Under the pieces are notes generated by a model. That model saw nothing but the letters and a program-made list of their open reading frames with translations, ran no database searches and had not been told where the DNA came from. Positions 8,804-19,534 of a DNA stretch of 64,000 nt are shown piece by piece. The translations under genes and the position numbers were made by a program. Source of the DNA: an uncultured Dehalococcoidia bacterium (lineage in GTDB: Bacteria; Chloroflexota; Dehalococcoidia; Lucifugimonadales; UBA3495). Position 1 is the stretch's first letter. The number at the start of each line of letters is the position of its first letter. The stretch spans positions 1,607,158-1,671,157 of the forward strand of contig OX638345.1 of assembly GCA_951813535.1 (NCBI GenBank), written 5' to 3'.

Positions 8804-9660
8804 TTGGAAGAGCGCGCCAACGGCGTCCTGATCGCCATCGACTGGGAGAACATCCGCCGCGGCGCGTTGATGTACCAGACGGCGGTGACTCCCCAGGCCG
8901 TCGCCCAGGCGATGATCGCCGTCGGACGAATCTTCGGAGAGGTGCTGGGCGGGAAGGCATTCGGCGACTGGAGCCTCCGGCCCGAGGACGGCCGGGCGTT
9001 CACCGAGGCCGACATTACGCTCTACCACGCGCCCCGCACCGTGGCCGGCAAGGATAGGTCCGACCCGTCCATCCTGCTGGAGGTCTACGACTGGGTTCGA
9101 GACCGTGAGACTGCGGATTCATCATCCTGGGCTCCGGCGACTCTGACTACCAGGTGCTGGTGGACCGCGCACGGGCGCGGGACCGCCGGATCATACTGTG
9201 CGCCTTCAGCCAGGCCGTGGGCCGCGAAATGCTCGCCGCCGCCGCGCTGTTCCCGCTGGAGGCGGAGCTGGGAATCCACCTGGCCGAGCACGGCGACGTG
9301 GCGGTCAGGACCAACGCACCGCAGGAAAACGCATCGTCGTTCGGCAACGACGTGGCCATCGGCACCTTCATCACGGAGATGAACCGTCTCGAGGGCCGCA
9401 TGAACTTCGTGGGCTACAGCATGCTCTGCAACCAGTGGATGCTTGACTGGGGCATGGGCTGGAACGAGCACGAATGCCGCAGGACGGTGGACGACCTGGT
9501 ACAGGTCGGCGTGGTCGAACGCCATGAGGTGGTCAACCACAACAACCCGCAGTTTCCCACCGCTGCGGTGCGGCTGGTGCGCAGCGACGAGACTGTGCGG
9601 AACGCGTTGGGCTTGAACCGGCCGCCCATCAGCAACCCCGTCCTGCCGCGGTCAGATTGA
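8804..9660 (+). pseudogene. NYN (LabA-like) domain protein with C-terminal winged-helix-like region, frameshifted
   Basis: Frame 1 reads LIAIDWENIRRG...GKDRSDPSILLEVYDWVRDRET. The family continuation GFIILGSGDSDYQVLVDRARARDRRIILCAF is in another frame from ~9112, so the shift lies between ~9100 and 9117. The start at TTG 8804 is my choice. Confidence 0.7.
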
Positions 9661-10093
9661 TCGTCGCTGCTACTCCCGGAGCTTCGGCAGAATGCACAAC
9701 GCGCTTCATCCTTATTGCCGATCCTGCGTTAGCGTAGCGCGCGGATTCGTCAATCGGTGGCCTTTAGTTTGGAGCGGCAAAGATTGGAACCAAGCCGGTA
9801 CGGGTCCGGAGGTTACTTGATCCACGTAATGGATGTTGGGCGAACCAAAGCGCGGAATATCGTCAGGCTTTCCACCGGCGCAAGGTTCAGGGTGGTGGAT
9901 AACGCCATTGGCTGTATATATTTCACCAACGCTGGACTTTGGGAGAGGCCATAGTAGAGTCCCGTCCTCAGACGTGGTGCACGCATTGATTGACAACCTG
10001 CACATGAGCGCCAGTGCTCCGATACGGGAGACGGCAGACCAATTTGCCCGGCCACAGGTTACACGCCAATGCAGATCGCGCTATGGCGGTGGT

Positions 10094-11455
10094 TCAGTCG
10101 GCCGCTGCCGGCGCAAAGCCCGCCCGCTCGGCGAGGGCGAGATCCAGGGCGTGCCTTTCCGCCCGCTCGGTCTCAGGCGAGAACCGCACCGCCAACACCA
10201 GCGATGACGCGACCATCACGGCGACGCCCACGATGAGCAGGGCATCGGCATAAGTGAGGCTTTCCGCGCGGAACAGGAACCCGAAAGCCACGGCTCCGGC
10301 GTTGCCGCCCGCGCCCACGATGCCGGCCACTGAACCCAGCGCCTTGCGGTTGATGAAAGGGACCACCGAGAAGGTCGCTCCCTCGGACATCTGCACGAAC
10401 AGGCTGAACACGATCATCGCGCCCACGGCCAGGAACAACGTCGCCATCTGGGAGAAGAGGATCAGGGCCAATCCTTCGACCAGGAGCACCGCGCCCAGGA
10501 ACATCACACGTCCCCTGAGGCCGAACCGGATGCCCATCTTGTCGCCGAAAAACCCGCCCAGGGTGCGAGCGAAAATGTTCATCAGGCCGAACGTGCCGGC
10601 GATGATTCCGGCGGTGGCGAGGTTCAGCTCAAAGCGGTCGTAGTAGTACAGCGCGGCGATGTTGTTGATGGTCAGCTCCACGCCGAAGCACGCGCCGTAG
10701 ATGACGAACAATGCCCACACGCGCGGGTCCCTGGCTGCTTCGAGGAATGAGCCTTTGCTTCCGGCCGAACCCGGCATCAGGCCGCGGGCGCGCAGGTCGC
10801 GATAGTTGCCCTGCGGACAGTCCTGGGTCAGGAAGTAGTAGGCCACTCCCACCAACAGCAGGGCCGCACCGGGTATCACCATGGCAATCCGCCACCCCAG
10901 GACTTCGCCGACGCCGAACATCAGCACGCCGGCGAATATCAGGGGCATGGCCATCTGGGTGACGCCACCGCCCATGTTGCCCCAGCCGGCGGTGGTGGCG
11001 TTGGCGGTGCCCACCACGTTGGGAGCGAACATCACCGATGTGTGGTACTGAGTGATGACGAAGGATGCGCCGATCACGCCGATGGCCAGGCGGAACAGCA
11101 GGAACGTCTCGTAGTTCTGGGCCAGCCCGATGCACATGACCGGTATCGAGCCGAAGATGAGCAGGCCGCTGTAGGCCAGACGGGGGCCGATGCGGTCGCA
11201 CAGCCAGCCAAAGACCAGGCGGGCCACGATGGTGATGGCAACGGACGCGATGATGGTATTGCCGATCTGCGCTTTGCTCAGCAGCAGGTCCTCACGCACC
11301 ACCGCCATCATCGGGGCGATGCCGAACCATCCGAAGAAGCACAGGAAGAAGGCGAACCAGGTGATGTGGAAAGTCCGCATCTGCGGGGCCGCCAGGCTGA
11401 ACAGGCGTATCCGGGTGGCTTTTCCGCCGTCTGCGGCGATATTCAGCAGGCTCAT
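10094..11455 (-). CDS. narK: NNP-family nitrate/nitrite transporter (MFS)
   Basis: 453 aa and polytopic. Carries the nitrate signature motifs AGWGNMGGGVTQ and GIVGAGGNAGAV. Last gene of the nas operon. Confidence 0.9.
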   Translation of the reverse strand: MSLLNIAADGGKATRIRLFSLAAPQMRTFHITWFAFFLCFFGWFGIAPMMAVVREDLLLSKAQIGNTIIASVAITIVARLVFGWLCDRIGPRLAYSGLLIFGSIPVMCIGLAQNYETFLLFRLAIGVIGASFVITQYHTSVMFAPNVVGTANATTAGWGNMGGGVTQMAMPLIFAGVLMFGVGEVLGWRIAMVIPGAALLLVGVAYYFLTQDCPQGNYRDLRARGLMPGSAGSKGSFLEAARDPRVWALFVIYGACFGVELTINNIAALYYYDRFELNLATAGIIAGTFGLMNIFARTLGGFFGDKMGIRFGLRGRVMFLGAVLLVEGLALILFSQMATLFLAVGAMIVFSLFVQMSEGATFSVVPFINRKALGSVAGIVGAGGNAGAVAFGFLFRAESLTYADALLIVGVAVMVASSLVLAVRFSPETERAERHALDLALAERAGFAPAAAD

Positions 11456-11487
11456 TTTCTCAACTCCGAAGGGCTGGAGCGGGTCGC

Positions 11488-11859
11488 TTAGGACCCGGAT
11501 ACCGTGACCAGGATCTCCCCGGCTTCATTCAACGAGACCGGGTAGGTGCGCAACGCAGGGCAGTCGTTGCCCAGCGGTTCGCCGGTACCGACGTCGAATC
11601 GGAAGTTGTGCAGCGGGCAGACCAATGCTTCACCGCCCAGCAATCCATCGGCCAACGGGCCGGCGCGATGGGGACATTCTGCCTGGGTGGCGTACACCCT
11701 TCCCTGGCGGCTGCGAAACACCGCGATCGCCATACCGCCGATCTCGAACCGGCGTCCCTCGCCGATGGGTATCTGCGCGGCGCTGCCGAGAATATGGGTC
11801 CCGCAAGATGACATATCGCTCACCGCAAACACATCCGGCGCTTTCGTGATCAGAACCAT
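11488..11859 (-). CDS. nirD: Nitrite reductase small subunit (Rieske-like)
   Basis: 123 aa with CPHRAGPLADG...CPLHNFRFDVGTG. Lies directly downstream of nirB. Confidence 0.85.
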   Translation of the reverse strand: MVLITKAPDVFAVSDMSSCGTHILGSAAQIPIGEGRRFEIGGMAIAVFRSRQGRVYATQAECPHRAGPLADGLLGGEALVCPLHNFRFDVGTGEPLGNDCPALRTYPVSLNEAGEILVTVSGS

Positions 11860-11863
11860 GACG

Positions 11864-14341
11864 CTACCTCGCTGCGGCCGCCGGCGCGGTCAATTCAGCC
11901 GGCGTGGTGACGAACTGATTGGGATGCACCGGGTCGTCGGCCTCCAGCCAGGGGTCCTGGTACGCATCCACGGCGGCCTGCATGTCCTGATCCAGCCGGT
12001 CGCAGATGCCCTCGCCGTCCTCGACCAGAATCTGACGCAGCCGGTCTATGCCGGTGCGCTCCACGAAGTCGTAGGTGCGTTCCAGGTAGCGGGCGTTCTC
12101 CCGGTAGTACTGCATGAACCGGCCCATAATCAGAAGGGTCTCGTCGTGGGTGTCGGTCACGCACAGCACATCCCCCTTGCGCACGCGGGAGCCGGCCGCG
12201 CCACCGATGTACACCTCCCACTTCCCGCCCTCGATGGCCGTGGCCCCCACGTCCTTGGTGGTCGACTCGGCGCAGTTGCGCGGGCATCCCGACACGGCCA
12301 GTTTCATCTTGTGGGGGCTCTCGATACCCTGGAACCGCTGCTCGATCTGGACGCCCAGCTTGGTGCTGTCGCCCACGCCGAAGCGGCAGAACTCGGTTCC
12401 CACGCAGGTTTTGCAGGTGCGGAACGCCTTGGTGTAGGCGTGGCCGGACGGCATCCCAACCTCCTGCCATACCGCGGGGAGGTGTTCCTTCGGGATGCCC
12501 AGCAGGTCTATGCGCTGGCCGCCGGTGATTTTCACCATCCTGGCCTCGTATTTCTCGGCGGCGTCGGCGATACGGCGAAGCTGGTCGGGCGTGGTGATGC
12601 CGCCGTAGATCCTGGGCACCACGCTGAAGGTGCCGTCGTTCTGGATGTTGGCGTGGACGCGGTCGTTGATGAAACGGGCGTCCCGCTCGTCCTCGTACTC
12701 CGCGCCCCAGATTGTGCGCAGCAGCGAGGCCAGCCCCTGCTTGCTGCCCGCGTCCTCCCTGCCGCCGGCCAGCGCCTCGAACACCCGGGACACGCTCCTG
12801 AGTTCCATGGCCTTGATGGCGCCCACCAGCTCCGGCTTGGTGAGGGGAATGCCCGGCACGTAGTAGTGGGCCGATGGGTCGTCGGCCACCAGGCCGTCGG
12901 CCGCCAGTTCCAGCACCGCCTGAACCTGCATCTTGCAGGAGCCGCAGCCGGTTCCAGCGCGGGTGGCGTCGCATACCGCCTTCAGGCTGCGGCATCCGCC
13001 GTCCACAGCCGCGATGATCTTGCCCTTGGTGACGCCGTTGCAGTTGCAGATCTGGGCGTCGTCGGGCATATCCTCCACGTTGAGCGATGGACCGGCGTCG
13101 GCCGCCAGGGGGAACAGCAGTTCCGAGCGGTTCTCGGGGAGGGCCTCGCCCCGGTCGAAGGCCTGCAGGATGCGCGGCATGGTCAGGCCGTCGCCCAGCA
13201 GAATCGCGCCGGTTACCTTGCCATCCCGAACGATGACCTTCTTGTACACGTTGCGGTTGGGCTCGACGTAGGTCACCACTTCGTCGTCGTCGTCCAGCGG
13301 GTCCTTGCTGCCGGCCACCGCCAGTTCCACTCCCATCACCTTGAGTTTGGTGGAGATCCGGGAGCCGACGTAGGCGGACTCGGCGTTCCGTCCGGTGAGA
13401 CGCTCGGCCAGCACGCGGGCCTGCTCCCACAGGGGCGCTACCAGTCCGTACACCTGGCTGCGGTGCTCGGCGCACTCGCCGATGGCGTAGATGTCCTGGT
13501 CGTTGCGGCAGGTGAGCCCGTCATTGACCAGGATGCCGCGACGCACGTGCAGACCGGCCATCCGCGCAAGGTCCACGTTGGGACGAATGCCGGCCGACAT
13601 CACCACCAGATCGCAGTCCAGCGTGTCGCCGTCCTTGAATTGGAGGCCCGTCACGCGATCTTCGCCCAGCACCGCGGTGGTCAGTTTCTCCAGGTGGAAC
13701 CGCACGCCCAGCTCTTCCAGGCTCTGCTGGAGGAGCTGTCCGGACAGGGAGTCCAGCTGGGTTTCCATGAGCCAGCCCATCAGGTGGACGACATCGACCG
13801 CCATGCCCCGGTTCATCAGTCCGCGGGCAGCTTCCAGGCCGAGCAGCCCGCCGCCGATGACCGCGGCCTTCCTGGCCCCCTCCGCGTGATCGATGATCGC
13901 CGCGCAGTCATCCAGCGTGCGGAACACGAAGGCGCCCTTTTTGAAATCGCCGTCGTCGTCATACAGGCCGTCCATGGGCGGCACGAAAGCGCTGCTGCCG
14001 GTGGCGATCACCAGCTTGTCGTAGGGAAGCAGCAGCCCGCCGGAGCCGTAGGCCATCTTGCCCTTGCGGTCGATACCGATGGCACGCACTCCCGAGTGCA
14101 GCGTCACGTTGTTCTCGGCGTACCACTCCAGGGGGTTGATGAAGATGTCGTCGGGGTCGTGGGAGCCCGACAGCACGCCGGAGAGCAGGATGCGGTTGTA
14201 GTTGCCGCAGGACTCCTCGCCGATGACCGCGATGTCGTAGGTATCCTGGCCGCCCAGGTTCACCATTTCCTCGACGAATCGGGCGCCGGCCATGCCGTTG
14301 CCTATCACCACCAGTTTCTGCTTTTCTGAGGCATTCATCAT
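11864..14341 (-). CDS. nirB: NAD(P)H-nitrite reductase large subunit
   Basis: VVIGNGMAG dinucleotide fold, CNCNGVTKG BFD-like 2Fe-2S motif, and SGCPRNCAES / CVGTEFCRFG siroheme-4Fe4S Cys clusters. Confidence 0.9.
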   Translation of the reverse strand: MMNASEKQKLVVIGNGMAGARFVEEMVNLGGQDTYDIAVIGEESCGNYNRILLSGVLSGSHDPDDIFINPLEWYAENNVTLHSGVRAIGIDRKGKMAYGSGGLLLPYDKLVIATGSSAFVPPMDGLYDDDGDFKKGAFVFRTLDDCAAIIDHAEGARKAAVIGGGLLGLEAARGLMNRGMAVDVVHLMGWLMETQLDSLSGQLLQQSLEELGVRFHLEKLTTAVLGEDRVTGLQFKDGDTLDCDLVVMSAGIRPNVDLARMAGLHVRRGILVNDGLTCRNDQDIYAIGECAEHRSQVYGLVAPLWEQARVLAERLTGRNAESAYVGSRISTKLKVMGVELAVAGSKDPLDDDDEVVTYVEPNRNVYKKVIVRDGKVTGAILLGDGLTMPRILQAFDRGEALPENRSELLFPLAADAGPSLNVEDMPDDAQICNCNGVTKGKIIAAVDGGCRSLKAVCDATRAGTGCGSCKMQVQAVLELAADGLVADDPSAHYYVPGIPLTKPELVGAIKAMELRSVSRVFEALAGGREDAGSKQGLASLLRTIWGAEYEDERDARFINDRVHANIQNDGTFSVVPRIYGGITTPDQLRRIADAAEKYEARMVKITGGQRIDLLGIPKEHLPAVWQEVGMPSGHAYTKAFRTCKTCVGTEFCRFGVGDSTKLGVQIEQRFQGIESPHKMKLAVSGCPRNCAESTTKDVGATAIEGGKWEVYIGGAAGSRVRKGDVLCVTDTHDETLLIMGRFMQYYRENARYLERTYDFVERTGIDRLRQILVEDGEGICDRLDQDMQAAVDAYQDPWLEADDPVHPNQFVTTPAELTAPAAAAR

Positions 14342-14343
14342 GG

Positions 14344-16491
14344 CTAACGCTCCGTTGTTGTTCCGGTGTCATCGGGGGTGTCTTCCGCGCCATCGATGCG
14401 CACGGCGCAGACCTTGAACTCGGGCATCCGGCTGATGGGATCCAGGGCCGGGTTGGTGAGCCGGTTGGCGGCCTGCCGGCCGCCCCAGTGGAATGGGACG
14501 AACACCGTGTCCTCCCGTATTCCGCGCGTCACCTTCAACTGGAATTCGGCCCGTCCCCGGCGGGTGCTCAGCCGGACGGCCTGGCCGTCCCGCAGCCCGT
14601 AACGTCCGGCGGTGGACGGATGCACCTCAGCCATGGGTTGGGGGTTCATCTCCGCCAGCTCGGCGATGCGCCGCGTCTGGGTGCCGGACTGGTAGTGGGC
14701 AAGGTTGCGGCCCGTGGTGAGGAACAGCGGATACTCCTCGTCCGGCGCTTCATCGGGTTCCTGGTGGCGCACGGCAAACATCCGCGCCCGGCCGCTGGCG
14801 GTGGGGAAACCGTCGGTGAACATGCGAGGGGTGCCCGGGTGCGCCGCATCGGGACAGGGCCAGAACACGCCGTCGTTGGCGTCGATCCTGGCGTAGGTGA
14901 TGCCGGAGTAATCGGCGGGGCCGCCGGCGGACGCCCTGCCCAGCTCATCAAATATCTCCTCGACGCTGGCGTATTCGAAGTGGCGTCCGCTGCCCAACCG
15001 CCGGGCCAGTTCGCAGATCACGGCGACATCGTCCATGACGCCGGACGGGGGTTCGCAGGCCCGGCGCCGGCGGATCACCCGGCCCTCCAGGTTGGTCATG
15101 GTGCCCTCTTCCTCGGCCCATTGGGCGGATGGCAGCACCACGTTAGCCAGGACGGCGGTCTCGGACATAAAGAAGTCGGACACCACCAGGAAGTCCAGCG
15201 AGGCCAGCCGCTCGGCGACATTGCCAAGGTGCGGCGCGGACACCGCCACGTTGGAGCCCATCACCAGCAGCGCGTGCACGCCCCCCTCCTGTCCCAGACT
15301 GTCCAGGAGTTCATAAGCCGACCTGCCCGGGCCGGGCAGCGAGGACTCGTCCACTCCCCAAACTGCGGCAACATGCCGGCGCGCCGCGGGATCGTCGATG
15401 CGGCGGTATCCGGGAAGCTGGTCTGCCTTCTGGCCGTGTTCGCGTCCGCCCTGGCCGTTGCCCTGTCCGGTGATGCAGCCGTAGCCGCTGTTGGGCCGGC
15501 CCGGCAGGCCCAGCGCCAGCGCCATATTGATGCAGGCTGAAACATTGTTGACGCCCTGGGCCTGCTGTTCCGCGCCCCGCCCGGTCAGAATCATCGCCGT
15601 GCCGGCCGCTCCCAGCAGTTGAGCCGCCCGGGTCAGTTCCGCCTCAGCCACGCCGGTGATCCGCTCCACCCGTTCCGGCCAGTAGGTCACAACCTCTGCC
15701 CGCACCCGGTCGAATCCTTCGGTGCGTTCCGCCACGTACTCCGCGTCAACCATCCCGTCACGGATGAGAATGTGGAGCAGGCCGTTGGCCAGGACGGCGT
15801 CGGTTCCCGGCATCAACCGCAGGTGCAGGTCCGCGCGCTGGGCCGTGGGGGTCAGCCTGGGGTCTGCGACAATCAACCGCCCGCCGTTGGCGCGCTGCTC
15901 GTCAAAGTACTGCATCATGGGAGGCATGGTTTCCGCCGGGTTGTCGCCCATGAGCAGAACCACCTGTGCGCCGGCGATGTCCTCCACCGGAAAAGGCAGT
16001 CCCCGGTCGATTCCCAGCGACCTGATGCTCGCCGCCGCCGCGGATGACATGCAGAAACGTCCGTTGTAATCGATGTTGGCCGTCCGGAGCGCCACCCGGG
16101 CGAACTTGCCCAACAGGTAGCTCTTCTCGTTGGTCAGCGAGCCGCCGCCGAAAACGCCCACCGCGTCATTGCCGTGGCGATGCTGCGCCTGCCCGATGGC
16201 TTCGACCACCCGGTCCAGCGCCTCATCCCACGAGGCCGGGCGCAACGCGCCGTCGGTATCCCGCACCAGCGGCGTGGTGAGCCGCTCGGGATGATTCAGC
16301 GCCGCTGCCGCCGTCCACCCCTTCACGCACAGCGATCCCCGGTTCACAGGAAATGCCGGATTGCCGGCAATCTCCACGTCGCCGTCGTCGTACACCGACA
16401 ACGTCATGCCGCACTGAAAAGCGCAATAGGGACAATGGGTCGCGGTCGGTTGGAGCGACAGGGTGGGTGGCGTTGTGGTGTCGGTGGTCAA
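14344..16491 (-). CDS. nasA: Assimilatory nitrate reductase catalytic subunit (molybdopterin oxidoreductase)
   Basis: N-terminal HCPYCAFQCGM 4Fe-4S motif and a 715-aa MopB-type length. The stop lies 2 nt before the nirB start. The start codon is TTG at 16489-16491. Confidence 0.85.
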   Translation of the reverse strand: MTTDTTTPPTLSLQPTATHCPYCAFQCGMTLSVYDDGDVEIAGNPAFPVNRGSLCVKGWTAAAALNHPERLTTPLVRDTDGALRPASWDEALDRVVEAIGQAQHRHGNDAVGVFGGGSLTNEKSYLLGKFARVALRTANIDYNGRFCMSSAAAASIRSLGIDRGLPFPVEDIAGAQVVLLMGDNPAETMPPMMQYFDEQRANGGRLIVADPRLTPTAQRADLHLRLMPGTDAVLANGLLHILIRDGMVDAEYVAERTEGFDRVRAEVVTYWPERVERITGVAEAELTRAAQLLGAAGTAMILTGRGAEQQAQGVNNVSACINMALALGLPGRPNSGYGCITGQGNGQGGREHGQKADQLPGYRRIDDPAARRHVAAVWGVDESSLPGPGRSAYELLDSLGQEGGVHALLVMGSNVAVSAPHLGNVAERLASLDFLVVSDFFMSETAVLANVVLPSAQWAEEEGTMTNLEGRVIRRRRACEPPSGVMDDVAVICELARRLGSGRHFEYASVEEIFDELGRASAGGPADYSGITYARIDANDGVFWPCPDAAHPGTPRMFTDGFPTASGRARMFAVRHQEPDEAPDEEYPLFLTTGRNLAHYQSGTQTRRIAELAEMNPQPMAEVHPSTAGRYGLRDGQAVRLSTRRGRAEFQLKVTRGIREDTVFVPFHWGGRQAANRLTNPALDPISRMPEFKVCAVRIDGAEDTPDDTGTTTER

Positions 16492-16498
16492 CGTGTTT

Positions 16499-16534
16499 GG
16501 CCTCTACGGAATATCAGGAATGATGGTAGAGGCC
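16499..16534 (-). promoter_or_regulatory. 9-bp stem hairpin covering the only SD-like GAGG of the nasA leader
   Basis: GGCCTCTAC (16499-16507) pairs with GTAGAGGCC (16526-16534), with an 18-nt loop. On the mRNA the 3' arm GUAGAGGCC ends 7 nt before the TTG start. Confidence 0.35.
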
Positions 16535-16700
16535 CTTTATTGCGCTGACTTTTCGGAGGTGTAAAAGAAAGGTGTCCTTTTCATTAACGCGAAATTAACC
16601 GGGCGTTACCCCGCTGTAACCGGCGAGCCATCGGCGTACCCATCGCGTATCGACCGGATGGTATCGCGGCGTTGCCCCCGTCAACGGCCGGAGAAACCCC

Positions 16701-17070
16701 ATGCACCAAAGCGTCGCATCCGACATCACCGCAGTAATCCTCGCCGGCGGGCGCGGCCGGCGTTTCGGTCGGGAAAAGGCCTGGAGCCAATCGGCGGCGA
16801 ACGAATGATCCGCCGGGTCATCCGGCGCTCGGCCGATGCCGTGAATGCTTCGGAAGTAGTGGTGGTGGTATCCAGCCTGGAGCGCGGCGCCGGATTGCCG
16901 TTGGACCCGCCGCATCGAATTGTCCCCGAATTGTTCCCGGGTTGCGGGCCTCTCGGAGGCATCTACACCGGACTGCTGGCGATTCGCGCCGAATGGGCTC
17001 TGGTGGTGGCGTGCGACATGCCCTTGCTCTCAGCGCCCCTGCTGCGCCACATCGGATCGATTCCGACACG
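16701..17070 (+). pseudogene. mobA: Molybdenum cofactor guanylyltransferase, frameshifted and 3'-truncated
   Basis: MHQSVASDITAVILAGGRGRRFGRE is in one frame. LEPIGGERMIRRV...LVVACDMPLLSAPLLRHI continues in another, with the shift at the GGGAAAAGG run around 16771-16779. The reading frame ends where the 20-bp IR at 17071 begins, about 80 aa short of family length. Confidence 0.65.
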
Positions 17071-17109
17071 AGGCAGAATCGTACGCTAAGGCCGCTGTCG
17101 GCGTTTTGG

Positions 17110-17501
17110 TCACCGGTATTCGCTGGTGAGAAGGATGTGGGCCAGGATCTCGGGCTCGACCGTCAGGCCGGCGTGTTGTCGCTGTCTGACTGATTCGCCG
17201 AGATGGGCGGTATTCCAGGAATTGCCATTGCCTTGCAGAGGCCACATAAGAGGATGAAAATGGGGTGGAACCAGCTGGCGCCGCAATAACCCGCCGCGCC
17301 GTGCGCCAACTCGAACGCCTCGGCGACCAAGTTGGCTTGGCACCGCTTGGATGCTATTTTCATAGTAAATGACGATGGTGGTGAGCGCGTTGACACCGGC
17401 CATGCGGTAAGGCTGCCCGTGCACGGGCGGTCGCGGATTTTGCCCTGGCGTCCGATCCGGAGCGCGTTCTTGAGGGCGTGATGAGCCTCGCCCTTGTTCA
17501 T
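17110..17501 (-). pseudogene. tnpA: Tn3-family transposase C-terminal fragment (multiple frameshifts)
   Basis: NKGEAHHALKNALRIGRQGKIRDRP and GQPYRMAGVNALTTIVIYYEN lie in two frames. They match the conserved Tn3 TnpA C-terminal block (NRGE..HAL..A......GE.RDR...Q.YRASGLNL...I..WNT). Confidence 0.55.
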
Positions 17502-17652
17502 TCCGCCACGCGCAGCGCTGTCCGCAAGGGGATCGCCCAGCGGACGGCGCAGTCCGTCGCCCCGATCCCCGACAAAACCAGAGCCAGCAGCGTCTCATAT
17601 AAATGGTACGGAAACAATTGCGGATGCGGGACCCTATGCGTTCACTTCCCCC

Positions 17653-18229
17653 CTGACCGCAACCCTCATCGGATACGCGCGCTGTTCCACCGATCGGCAG
17701 GATCTGGTCGCCCAGCGCCAGGCGCTCCTGGAACTCGGCGTCGCCGAGGATCGCATCGACACCGATCACGGACTCACCGGCACCACCCGCGCCCGCCCCG
17801 GCCTCGACCAGGCCCTCGCCGCCGTGCGCGAAGGCGAACCCCTGGTCGGTCCCAAGGTCGACCGGCTGGCCAGGTCCGTCCCTGAGCCCGCGCCATCGCC
17901 GGGCAGCTTCGGGAACGCGGCGTGAAACTGGCCCTCGGCCCGGCGCTCTACGACCCGGATGATCCCATGGGAAAGATGTTCTTCAATATATCGCCACCTT
18001 CGCCAAGTTCGAAGCCGATCTCATCCGCATGCGCACCCGCGAGGGCATGGCCATCGCCCGCGCCAAAGCGAAATTGCGCGGCAAGCAGCCCAAACTGTAC
18101 GACCAACAACAGCGGGAACTCTGCCGTATGCACCCCACCGGCGAGTATCCCATCAGCGATCTTGCCGAACTCTTCCCCGTCTCACGACCAACCGTCTATC
18201 GCACGCTCAACCGACGCCACTCCCCTTAG
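17653..18229 (+). pseudogene. tnpR: Serine recombinase (resolvase/invertase), three frames, no ATG start
   Basis: LIGYARCSTDRQDLVAQRQAL...VDRLARS (catalytic Ser region), then KLALGPALYDPDDPMGKMFFNI, then MRTREGMAIARAKAKLRGKQP...ISDLAELFPVSRPTVYRTL (HTH), each in a different frame. The stop codon lies inside the right IR. Confidence 0.7.
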
Positions 18230-18243
18230 CGTACGATTCTGCC

Positions 18244-19534
<1,291 letters not shown>

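Larger units (their letters stand above)
17071..18243. mobile_element. Tn3-family-like transposon relic bounded by perfect 20-bp inverted repeats
   Basis: 17071-17090 GGCAGAATCGTACGCTAAGG is the exact reverse complement of 18224-18243. The inner ends read ACGCTAAG, as in Tn3/Tn21-type IRs. The interior holds a tnpA C-terminal fragment and a frameshifted serine recombinase. Confidence 0.65.

Noticed and set aside
9712-10005. 97-aa minus-strand ORF in the gap between the NYN gene and narK
   Set aside because: It has no SD or recognisable motif. It lies in a compositionally atypical spacer, and the evidence is insufficient to call a gene.
11546-14329. 927-aa plus-strand ORF, plus the 526-aa alternative minus frame at 11895-13475
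   Set aside because: Both overlap nirB, whose frame carries all the cofactor motifs. The alternative frames are low-complexity Arg/Gly/His/Pro strings.
16584-16915. Small minus-strand ORFs in the nasA-mobA intergenic region and mobA 5' region
   Set aside because: They overlap the mobA frame or the leader region and have Arg/Pro-rich translations with no support.
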